Part shown: positions 25,225 through 35,514 of the stretch, one piece after another
Position numbering within the stretch: the stretch's first letter is position 1
Layout of the letters: each line of letters opens with the position of its first letter
Assembly: GCF_001194135.2 (NCBI RefSeq)
Contig: NC_068991.1
Coordinates: 30,984,968-31,028,704 of the forward strand
Direction of reading: 5' to 3'
Origin: Octopus bimaculoides
Taxonomy: Eukaryota
Length of the DNA stretch: 43,737 nucleotides
Program-made: the position numbers and the translations under genes
Notes under the pieces: model-generated
The model's input: only the letters and a program-made list of their open reading frames with translations
What the model was told of the DNA's origin: nothing
The model's database searches: none

Positions 25225-25951
25225 GTATGTGTGTCTGCGTGTATTATATTGGTTTCTGAATATAATATGTTCACTGTAGTTGTTAGTATTTTATCGTCTA
25301 ATTGAACTATACCATACATTTCATATATGAATATAACCTCAACCGGAGACCAGTTAAAATGAGATCATATTTTTTGAAATTGTACCAAAATGAAAAGGAA
25401 TAAAACAACCAACAATCGAAACAAGCACAAAAAAACACAACTATAGATAAAAAATAAATAAATGAAGAACAATAGAAAAAAAACAGAAATTTTTTGTATG
25501 AACCACAAATGAGAGAAGAAATATATTTGTGAATGACAGAGATAGAGTTATAGTTTACAGAGGAAAGAGAAACAGTTTGTAATGTAAAATTATGAGATCA
25601 ACTTCTGATTGAAGAGTTGACAGTGTTTGCAATGTAGTGGTACCGGATGTGCGGCTGTCCCAGATAATTTGCTTCTAAATTCCCCAGGGAGTAACGTTAG
25701 CTAACTGTCACCTAATTCCTTAAATACAGAAGGATGCACTTTTTCACACTTATAAACTCGCACTCACTCTCGCTCTTCCAAATATGCTTTTATTCTGTAT
25801 GTAATTCACATGCACTCTAGCATTTCACACAGACAAATACACACACAAATATGTACGCACGCGCTCACACACGCACACATACACACACACATGCACACAT
25901 GCATATATGTATATGCAATATCATACAAACATAAACACACGCATAAAATGT

Positions 25952-25991
<40 letters not shown>

Positions 25992-26217
25992 TGCAAACTA
26001 CTCGGAGATGCAAGTGCCACCAGTTGAAAGCTCTGTATACCGGATACTAGCAAGCTTATGGGATCATCAGGAGAGAATGCGTGCCGTTTATGGGGCCTTC
26101 TCTTGACGGTATTACTGTGCAACGGCTCCCCTCACTGAAATGAAGCCCCGCTTGCTAGATGAAGTGGTATATAAATTTTGCTAAATATTCTTCTACCAAT
26201 TGTTTATCGTCTCTCTT

Positions 26218-26299
<82 letters not shown>

Positions 26300-27497
26300 G
26301 TACACACTCACAAACACACGCACACACACACACATATTCACATACATACACAGACACAAAGACATATATATATACATTCTAAATAGATAGATAGATAGAT
26401 AGATAGATACACATGTATACATATCTCCGTAACTCTCGCTTATTCATTCCCCGCCCCTCCCCCACTTTTCTTTCTCTAACTTTCTGAAGAAGAACTAAAG
26501 CACGAAACGTGAAATATGCATCTACTTTTTATTTAATCTCTCACTGTGCCTCAAACTAGTAACTACACTTTGTTTAACAGGGTGTGTTGTGTACCAAAAT
26601 GTGTGTGCGTGTGTATGTGCGTATATACTTGTATATGTCTATATCGGAGTTGGTGTGAATCAGTGTATGTCCCCATATTTATACGGGCCACAGGGCAATT
26701 AAGCAGCCATCAAGTCTAAAACCGGGAACCACACCCCCACCAAATTCTTGACCACGCCGTCACGCTTGACTGTCACAACTAGCCATCAAAGATCTGCACA
26801 CGCTTTAGGGCCGTTCAGTATAGTTTCATTAACACTTTCCTGCCCCTTTACATTATATTCTTTGTATTAATTATAAACCGCTTCCTGTATACAGACCACA
26901 AGCATCTTTACTTCACCAATGTGTGTGAATTACTAGCAACACACCATAATACCACCAGCGTCTAGTTTGGAATGAAATGTAAATTTTATAACCTTTGAAG
27001 CCTATGACGCCACCTGCTGAGGCTTGCACTATGGGATGCATCTCGTTATTACATCGTTCCCTACCTAATAGCGAGCAGTGCACTAAATAAAGCTTCTAGA
27101 TACACTCTGATTGTTGCGTTAAATAAAGCTTCTAGATACACTACGTATTAATTATTTAGAATATACCCAACGGGCACCAAAGAATTCCTTACGTAGTTCC
27201 AGCGACGAAATCGCAGTGACGCGGATGACGACCGGTAAGCTATAAGTGGCGAACGTGTTCTGCAGGCACACTACCTGGAACTTACCCGAAACAAGATTTC
27301 GATACAGCATTTTAACTTATATATAACTTATATATACGTGTTCTTGTCGGTCTCCTGTCCAAGCTTGATTTACGCGTTCGCCACCACAACCTCGTTTAGG
27401 CTTATATATTATATATATACATACATAAGTATGCATGCATGTATGTATGTATGTATGTATGTATGTATGTATGTATGTATGTGTGTATGTATGTATG

Positions 27498-27656
27498 TAG
27501 GCGTGGCTGTGTGGTAAGACGCTTGCTCCCCAACTACATTGTTCCGGATTCAGCCGCACTGCGTGGCACCTTGGGCATGTGTCTTCTATTATAGCCACGG
27601 GCCGACTAAAGCTTTGTGAGTGGATTTGGTAGATGGAAACTGAAAGAAGCTTGTCG

Positions 27657-27736
<80 letters not shown>

Positions 27737-27863
27737 CATTAATGTGTGTCTTTGTGTCTGTGTTTGTCCCCCCACCACCACCATCACTTGACAGCTGATG
27801 ATGGTGTGTTTATGTTCCCATAAAGTAGCGACTAAACAAAAGAGACCGATAGAATAAGTACCA
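27498..27863 (+). mobile_element. SINE family A with expanded internal (TA)n(TG)n, truncated by a gap
   Basis: Head aggcgtggctgtgtggtaag..; central domain; 3' part ending agagaccgatagaataagtacca. Confidence 0.92.
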
Positions 27864-28192
27864 NNNNNNNNNNNNNNNNNNNNNNNNNNNNNNNNNNNNN
27901 NNNNNNNNNNNNNNNNNNNNNNNNNNNNNNNNNNNNNNNNNNNNNNNNNNNNNNNNNNNNNNNNNNNNNNNNNNNNNNNNNNNNNNNNNNNNNNNNNNNN
28001 NNNNNNNNNNNNNNNNNNNNNNNNNNNNNNNNNNNNNNNNNNNNNNNNNNNNNNNNNNNNNNNNNNNNNNNNNNNNNNNNNNNNNNNNNNNNNNNNNNNN
28101 NNNNNNNNNNNNNNNNNNNNNNNNNNNNNNNNNNNNNNNNNNNNNNNNNNNNNNNNNNNNNNNNNNNNNNNNNNNNNNNNNNNNNNNNNNNN

Positions 28193-28239
<47 letters not shown>

Positions 28240-28399
28240 GAGTTAGTATTCAAAGAAAAAAGACTACACGTGGTATAAATAAGGGAAAAGTAAAAAGAAA
28301 ACAGAGAAAATGCACGTTAGATATAAAAAATAAAGGCTTTTTAAAAGAAAAGCAACGATATATACATACAATTAGATTATTTGAGGTGGAATTCTGAAG

Positions 28400-29500
28400 T
28401 ATATAAATCTTTATTATGAATCATTATAGAGATTCAAAGTCATACTGGTATCGTTAGAACTAATCACTGAATTTGAATGAACACCGATTTCCAAATGGTG
28501 TTGGGTTTAAGAGTACCTGAGTGAAAAGATTACATGCAAGGGAGGTAAGCAGTTCTGGAAGTGATGCAATTAAGGCGGATATAAATACTGGAACATGAAT
28601 GGTGTATAGGATGTATGGAGATTAGTTAGAATTATTGGTAATGGTAAGGTTAATGAAAGTTGCCTCTTTATTTAATCTTTGCTGTACTGAGGTGTTCTGT
28701 GACCATTGATAAAAAGGGAAAATTAAGAAGTTCTATGTGCTCGCTGACTTGTATCTGTCTATATTGTGGGTAGTGGATTTGTTCTTTGTGAAGAGTTGTT
28801 TTTCTTCGGAGTGACATTCCTGTTAGGCCTATATAGGGATTTCCGCACCCTAAGCAGGTAATAGCATAGATTAAGTTTTCAGAGGCACAGGTGAAATTTG
28901 ATTTTATCTTAAATATTTCACCTTGTTTGAAGTGAAACTCTGAACCCTCCAAAAGGTGGGAGTATGTGCCAATTAGGCCGCCCGCATTTTTTCACTTTTG
29001 GTTCCGTTGTTAATGGATATAGTCTTGCGCTGGTTAATATTTTTTCAATGATTTCGGTTGCATTTGATAATTTTGTGTGAGCTTAAAATTTTGTTCATTG
29101 TTTTATTTCCAGTGAGAAAGAATAGATTTTGGATGATGACGTTGAAGGCCTCATTGTTTTTAAGGTTGTGTGTAATGTATGGGAGTATTCTTAGATCTGG
29201 CGTAGTATTGCAGTTAACTTGCCTTAATATTCGTGTGTCTATTTCCTTCGCTCGTTTAATCCCATCATTTATTAATGATGTTGGGTAATGTCTCCTGATT
29301 AGTGTTGATTTAAGTTCAAGGAGTCTTCGTTCACGAGTGTTGGTATCCGAAACTATGGTACAGATTGATTTCGCTAGATTATGAGGTATATTAATTTTTA
29401 TGTGTTTGGGGTGGCAAGAGTTGAATAATAGGTATTGTTTTGAATCAGTGGCTTTATAGATGTTCGTTTCGATGTGGTTATTGACACAGGCTAGACTGGC
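28400..29500 (-). mobile_element. 5'-truncated Penelope-like element (RT C-terminus + GIY-YIG + 3' UTR)
   Basis: IETNIYKATDSKQYLLFNSCHPKHIKINIPHNLA..(PLE RT thumb); ORF 28952-28668 FTCASENLIYAITCLGCGNPYIGLTGMSLRRKTTLHKEQI..QVSEH (GIY-YIG). Confidence 0.9.
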
Positions 29501-29572
29501 TCATATGGCTACAGCAGGTGTACATGTATGAGCAAGCTCAGGGATCTAGTAACCACATTACGATAGGTTTCT

Positions 29573-29611
<39 letters not shown>

Positions 29612-30059
29612 TCCCCCTCTCTCCCTCTCTCTCTCTCTCACTATACGCGCGTGTATGTGTGTGTGTGAATGTGGCTCTCTATTCATGGATGTATGTATCT
29701 ATTATTCCTTAAGTCTGTGTTCAGTTATAAAGACACTGTAGCAAAAACTGCTGAGGCGCCAGTCTTGTAGCATTATGTAAATGAAGTTTACCTTTCATAC
29801 TGTTCTTTATATTTTAATAAATTGCTCTCAGCTACTATTTATCGATATCTTGGAAAGGAGTGATAAGAGAACTATGATGAGCTATAAATACAGCAAAATA
29901 AATAGTTCATCTTCATTCTACGCTATTAAAAGTACTGTGGTCTAACATTACAGGAACACAAAAATATTTATTTATAATATGCAGTATATTGGTGGAATTT
30001 TAAGTACTAATACTGAGGTATGCGGGTATTTAAAAAATTCCTCCTGCCCTGCATAGTTA

Positions 30060-30450
30060 CAGGCTGTCCTTTGGTATGGTATAGTACGCGTTCAGCCACC
30101 CTGCTTGGAATACGGCAAAGTCATGGGGCAGCAGCAGTATAGCGGATAGTGAAGAGGTAGCGGAAAAATTGAACTGAGCCAACGGCGCTTCTAACATTGA
30201 TGCAGAGCGGAGGAATCCTAGAAGATCAACGGTCAGGATCACTAAGCTCTGTCAAGAGAATAACTGTAACGTATCCATAGGGGTGGTGTCCATGATTATG
30301 TACTAGCTTATGAAAGATTCACTATTACACAAGATCCTGATTCAAATTCATAATATTGGAATTAGATGGCGACAGAATCATGGGAATCCACGAAAGCAAC
30401 GAAAAACAATATAAAGCATGAATCCTATCAAATAAACGATGGCGAACACA
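30060..30450 (+). mobile_element. Possible decayed RTE-like LINE 3' fragment
   Basis: Remnants VQPPCLEYG and MKDSLLHKIL..GIRWRQNHGNPRKQ resemble RTE C-terminal motifs; many disruptions. Confidence 0.3.
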
Positions 30451-30751
30451 GGAAGTTAAAATGATTTACCTGACGTTAAAACACTCCGAGATTTTTATTC
30501 ACACGCAAATATGATGACTGAAAATGACAGGGTCTGAGCTAAAGCTGGATTAAAATTTAGTTACATAAGATTACTTTCTAGAATTTGAAAACTTACTGAT
30601 GTCGACTTTACCATTTATACCCTCCCAGGGACAATCATAAGCTAAACTCGATTAACTGTTTATAACTCGCTTGTAGGATTTTTTTGTTATTAATATTTCG
30701 TTAACACAATTTTCTTCCCTATTAATACACTGAAGTAATTACAAGCTTGAG

Positions 30752-30996
30752 TACGTTCTTAGGACTGGTTATCCGGTTTCCATGCCAAAGATTACTATAG
30801 GCTCCTAAAAGGGACGCCAGTCTGTCGTATGCTTACTCATTTACAGCTGAGTGAACTGGAGACCATAAAATAAAGTGTTTTGTTCAAGAACACAACGCAC
30901 AGCCTTGTGCGGGAATCGAAACCACCGCCTTGTCTAGGAATCGAAACCACGATTTTGAGATTGCGCGAGCAACACCCTAACCTAACGCCTCACTCG
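30752..30996 (-). mobile_element. tRNA-headed SINE family E with tandemly duplicated B-box segment
   Basis: Minus strand: tRNA-like head, ggtttcgattcc twice, then gcgttgtgttcttgaacaaaacacttt..cactcagctgtaaatgagta..gactggcgtcc. Confidence 0.7.
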
Positions 30997-31170
30997 TACA
31001 CTTACAGTAACTGCTTTCATATTTTGATATCGAATCCGACCGAAAGGGATAAAATAAGAAGCTGCTTTGTATTAGATTTACGTTTCAATTAAAGATATTT
31101 CTTGTGCTACATTTTTGTGGAATTCTACCAATATGGCATATCCTTTCCACTTGGTCACACGACTTACTCG

Positions 31171-31171
<1 letters not shown>

Positions 31172-31250
<79 letters not shown>
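31172..31250. repeat. (ATT)n microsatellite
   Basis: Direct observation; lies immediately 5' of the solo family B copy. Confidence 0.95.
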
Positions 31251-31253
<3 letters not shown>

Positions 31254-31540
31254 GGGCATAAGGCGTAGTGGACTACTAATCCCAAGATTCCGAGTTGATT
31301 CCAGGCAGCGACCTGACTAATGATGATGATGATGATGTGATGATGATGATGATGATAACATCGAAAATTACCTTAGGAATGAGAACCTAGGTTCGAAATT
31401 TCCCCAAGACACCTGATGAAGGCTGGAGGGTTTATCAACCGAANNNNNNNNNNGATGAAGGCTGGAGGGTTTATCAACCGAAACGTTGTGTTAACAACAA
31501 ACAAGATGCGGACAAATATCCGTCGAATGTAAATAATGTA
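31254..31540 (+). mobile_element. Solo family B element (tRNA-like head + (GAT)n + hammerhead-like motif + tail)
   Basis: Homologous to 23202-23460 and 23710-23899 but begins at the tRNA-like head, with no PLE coding sequence attached. Confidence 0.85.
31408..31492 (+). ncRNA. Minimal type I hammerhead ribozyme-like motif (PLE type), spanning a 10-N gap with duplicated flanks
   Basis: GACAC-CUGAUGA-A-GGCUG(loop)CAACC-GAAA-C-GUU-GUGUU: conserved core, stem II with one mismatch (perfect GGCUG/CAGCC in the 23250-23295 copy), palindromic ACGU helix III, stem I GACAC/GUGUU. Confidence 0.65.
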
Positions 31541-31546
31541 TATATA

Positions 31547-31595
31547 CTAGCAGAGATAGCCGGCCTTGCTCGGGATTAAAATGGCATAGATTTTT
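31547..31595 (-). mobile_element. Orphan Helitron 3' terminus
   Basis: Minus strand cccgagcaaggccggctatctctgCTAG|T: a GC-rich hairpin just upstream of CTAG, followed by T. Confidence 0.5.
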
Positions 31596-31596
31596 A

Positions 31597-31897
31597 TTGC
31601 TTTACTTGTTTCAGTCATTTGACTGCGGCCATGCTGGAGCACTGCGGTTGGTCAAGAAATCAACCACAGGATTTATTCTTTGTAAGCCTAGTACTCATTC
31701 TGTCAGTGGCTTTTACCAAACTGCTAGGTTACAGGAATAAAAACACAGCGACATCAGTTGTCACGCAATGGTGGGAGTACAAACACAAGACACACGCACA
31801 CACGTACAGAGATATACACATATATACGACAGTCTTCTTTCAGTTTCCGGGTACGAAATCCACTCAGAAGGTCTTGGTCGGCCTGAGGCTATAATAA
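31597..31897 (-). mobile_element. SINE family A, head missing
   Basis: ttacttgtttcagtcatttgactgcggccatgctggagcac..ttctttcagtttcc..ttggtcggcc. Confidence 0.9.
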
Positions 31898-31922
31898 GCA
31901 TATGTATATATATATATATATA

Positions 31923-32268
31923 CATATATGCTTTCGGTGCGAACGGCTTTATTATAGGGTGTTGTATTTTACAATCCTGTAAATAATAATAATGGTATTT
32001 TTATATAAGCTTAAACTTATGCCGTTCACCATGCAATGAGTAACGAAAATAGTCTAATAACGGAGCATATAAGCTCTCGACAGAAAAAAAGAAGGCTTTC
32101 CCATCTGCGTGGGACGCGAACCCACATCCCCGTTATTAGACTATTTTGCTTAGTCATTGCACGGTGAACACCATAAGCTTTAAGCTTATATAAAATACCA
32201 TTATTATTATTTACAGTATTGTAAAATACGGCGTCGTATGACAAAAGCATTTGCACCGAAAGCATATA

Positions 32269-32274
<6 letters not shown>
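31923..32274. mobile_element. Fold-back element / MITE with ~140-bp arms and a 66-bp spacer, in a (TA)n run
   Basis: 31923-32063 is the imperfect reverse complement of 32130-32274 (tgctttcggtgc..tgtaaataataataatggtatttt..aaaatagtctaataacgg); both ends are flanked by TA. Confidence 0.88.
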
Positions 32275-32301
<27 letters not shown>

Positions 32302-32606
32302 NNNNNNNNNNNNNNNNNNNNNNNNNNNNNNNNNNNNNNNNNNNNNNNNNNNNNNNNNNNNNNNNNNNNNNNNNNNNNNNNNNNNNNNNNNNNNNNNNNN
32401 NNNNNNNNNNNNNNNNNNNNNNNNNNNNNNNNNNNNNNNNNNNNNNNNNNNNNNNNNNNNNNNNNNNNNNNNNNNNNNNNNNNNNNNNNNNNNNNNNNNN
32501 NNNNNNNNNNNNNNNNNNNNNNNNNNNNNNNNNNNNNNNNNNNNNNNNNNNNNNNNNNNNNNNNNNNNNNNNNNNNNNNNNNNNNNNNNNNNNNNNNNNA
32601 TATATA

Positions 32607-33502
32607 CTAGGTGACGGGCCCGGTAATTCCCGGTAAAGTGAGCTTATCCCTTGGTTCCATTCTCATAATTGTTACGCTAATCCAGTAACAACAATACAAA
32701 GTATGTAGCCCTTAATACGGTTTTTGTCTATTTATTGAGAATCTCGAACTGTCTAACAAAGGATCTTGTTTTTAGGAATTCCCAATAAGTTATGAATACC
32801 CAAATTATGAAGTCAGTTATGTAATAACATGAAAGTAATTACCCTATAGTAAAAATTCAAATAAAGTAGCCCCGAAAATGGCTTTAATATGTTCCCCGGA
32901 TATATCGAACATAGAAAGAAATACTTATAAGGTATGTATACTAAAATCGTGAAACATGTTATGTAATAACAGGCTAATCAGATATGAGATAATAACAATT
33001 CAAAGTAATTAACTGTGAAAAAAGCTTTTGTGCGTTCCCAGAGAATATTACCCTCAGCAGCGCTAGTGTTGGTATATTCGTGAATAAGTCACTAACCGAA
33101 ATAAGAGGGTCTAATGTTTGGGAGAATACTATTAACTTGTTTAAGCTTTGTACTGGATAAATTGAGAAAATAACTAAAATTATTCAAATACTAAGAAATA
33201 AGTATACTCAATTTCATTTTTAGCAAATAATTTACGAAGGAGGTAATGGGTTATTTCCCTTGGAAACTTTAAAAATAATACCGCCGGCTGTTCAACCACG
33301 CCCAAATGTTATTCCTCCTGTCGTTTACCCGAACATTTTTCGAAATCAGTTTATACTTAAAACCTCCCCAGACACATAAGCGATGTGCGTGTGAAGTTTA
33401 AGAAAAATCAGTCGAACCGTTTTGGCGCGAAATGAGAACATACCGATACACACACACACACATACACACACACACAGACATTTTCAGTTTTAATATGTAA
33501 GA
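32607..33502 (-). mobile_element. Non-autonomous Helitron (~0.9 kb) with a 5' microsatellite
   Basis: The minus strand starts A|TCttacatattaaaactgaaaatgtctgtgtgtg.. and ends ..accgggaattaccgggcccgtcacCTAG|T. It shows 5' TC, 3' CTAG, a short GC hairpin 9 nt before the end, and an A|T target. Confidence 0.75.
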
Positions 33503-33515
33503 TATATATATATAT

Positions 33516-33573
33516 AGGCGCAGGCGTGGCTGTGTAGTAAAAAGCTTGCTTCCCGACCACATGNNNNNNNNNN

Positions 33574-33635
<62 letters not shown>

Positions 33636-33642
33636 TGAGAGA

Positions 33643-33693
<51 letters not shown>

Positions 33694-33879
33694 TCACACA
33701 ACCGCTTGACAACTGGTGTTGGTGTGTTTACTTCCACGTAACCTAGAGATTCGGTAAAAGAGACTGATTGGATAAGCACCAGGCTTAACCAAAAATAAGT
33801 ACCGGGGACTATTCATTCGACTAAAAAGAATTCAGGATGGCTGCAGTCTAATGACTGAAACAAGTAAAATAAAAAAAGA
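33516..33879 (+). mobile_element. SINE family A with a gap and long internal (TG)n
   Basis: Head aggcgcaggcgtggctgtgtagtaa..; tail ggctgcagtctaatgactgaaacaagtaaaataaaaaaaga. Confidence 0.9.
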
Positions 33880-33914
33880 TATATCTGTCTGTGTATATAT
33901 ATATTTGATCTGTG

Positions 33915-34200
33915 AAGTTTATAGACTTAGTAAAGTTCTGAGTCGAGACAATGTAAAATACCTCATTTATGGTTTCATTGCTTCTAATTCGGATTATAGT
34001 AATGGTATTCTGATCAGAATTTACAAAGCTCTCAAAATCATTTAAAACACTTGTACACGTTTTGTTAAACGACCATTAACACAACTTCACTGGCTACCAA
34101 TTGCTCTCCAAATAAAACTAAAAAATCCTGTTCTATTCAGCCTGAGTATAGTTTTGGCTCTGCACCAAATCATTTCTAGGTCACATTTGAGCACCATTCA
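33915..34200 (+). mobile_element. L2-clade LINE 3' fragment
   Basis: VYRLSKVLSRDNVKYLIYGFIASNSDYSNGILI..LTQLHWLPIALQIK resembles the L2 pattern SRLDYCN..LHWLP. Confidence 0.7.
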
Positions 34201-34502
34201 TCCTTGCATCACAATTCTTTATCAGTCATTGTTCCCATCATACCTAATGGAACTTAGGTATATATCACTTTAAGAGCCTTACGTGATTATATGGTTTATC
34301 GTCATAAATTTAAAACATCTCTTTTTTTCTCTCCGATTAGCTTAATCCCTCTTAATCGTGTACACATATTACGTTGTTATGTTTTCTGTTATACATTTTT
34401 TTTTTATTAAACTTTGAATATTCCGATACATATACATCGATGGTATGGTGTAGAAAAATAGATATTTGAAATTATAATAGCAAAAATATCAATAACAACA
34501 TG

Positions 34503-34672
34503 CTTCAAATTTTGCTATCAGACAAGGAATTTTGTGGGGTGGAGGTAGGATAAATTGACCTTGTACTTATTTCATTGACCCCGAAATAATGTAAGTCAGA
34601 GGTGAACTCGACACCATTTGAACTCAGGAGGTAAAGACCCGGAAGATTGCAAAGTATTTTGTCTGCCACCGG
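34503..34672 (-). mobile_element. SINE family C, degenerate
   Basis: ttcaaattttgc..gtacttatttcattgaccccgaaa..tttgaactcag, homologous to 37003-37211. Confidence 0.75.
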
Positions 34673-34674
34673 AA

Positions 34675-34770
<96 letters not shown>

Positions 34771-34783
34771 CAACAACAATAAT

Positions 34784-34836
<53 letters not shown>
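34675..34836. repeat. (TAC)n(TAA)n compound microsatellite with CAA interruptions
   Basis: Direct observation. Confidence 0.97.
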
Positions 34837-34837
<1 letters not shown>

Positions 34838-35220
34838 TGCGCTGATGCAGTACCAGACACTGGGTCTCATGGTTTCAGATCTTAACTGCTTGGAAGTGTT
34901 ATGTACATGTTTTATCTTGATATAAAAGACAGACTACAGCAAATATTCTGCTCAATACCACAGATTTGCTTGTCAGTTGTTCGACCATAACAATTTGAGC
35001 ATGTCCCTTAGCGGCTGTCGATATCTACATCTCTCATCATGAGCAGAAGTAGTGGCGGAGCATTATAGTCATGTGTTGAGAGGAATGCTTTGGGGTTTGA
35101 ATACTTCACCTCTGGAAATGAGGGTGTTTCGTTCAACGTCCTTAAATAAACCTTATTTAGGGAACTTTGAGCGAGATAGGCTACTCAACCTGAAGAACAA
35201 TTCTAACTGGAACCCACGTG
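34838..35220 (-). mobile_element. Interspersed repeat family D (SINE-like; the (ATT)n array would be its tail)
   Basis: Inverse homology to 24131-24300; abuts the TAA array. Confidence 0.7.
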
Positions 35221-35227
35221 CAGTTAC

Positions 35228-35477
35228 ATTCCAGTAGTTGTAGGGGCAACCAAGTTCGAGAAATATGTTAGAGAAATAAGAGCAGAGTAAGCCCAAAAAA
35301 CTGCGCTGCTTGGGCAGCTAGAATTTTGAGATTGGTACCTGGATGTTGAGTGTCCCCCACGATAATTATCAACCAAGTATCAAATCTTTCACTGTACGGA
35401 AAGAGACCCTGTGAGACCTCTGACAGCGCTCTCACAGAATTTACCAGAGCAAACAAAATCGAGTGCTCTGAAAAGTA
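35228..35477 (+). mobile_element. R4/Dong-type LINE extreme 3' fragment + 3' UTR, ending in (AAT)12
   Basis: IPVVVGA..KFEKYVREIRAE*AQKTALLG/ARILRLVPGC* matches the PVVxGALG..QKxxLLGTAxILR C-terminal signature. Confidence 0.75.

Positions 35478-35513
<36 letters not shown>

Positions 35514-35514
<1 letters not shown>

Noticed and set aside
26046-26157. 9-bp inverted repeat ctagcaagc/gcttgctag around a GC-richer island
   Set aside because: Too short to exceed chance in 44 kb; no TSD or second copy seen.
31421-31483. Apparent tandem hammerhead dimer on either side of the 10-N gap
   Set aside because: The duplicated ~30 nt is identical and flanks a placeholder gap, the pattern of an unmerged contig overlap (also at 41565-41574). 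It is treated as one motif unless long reads show a real tandem.
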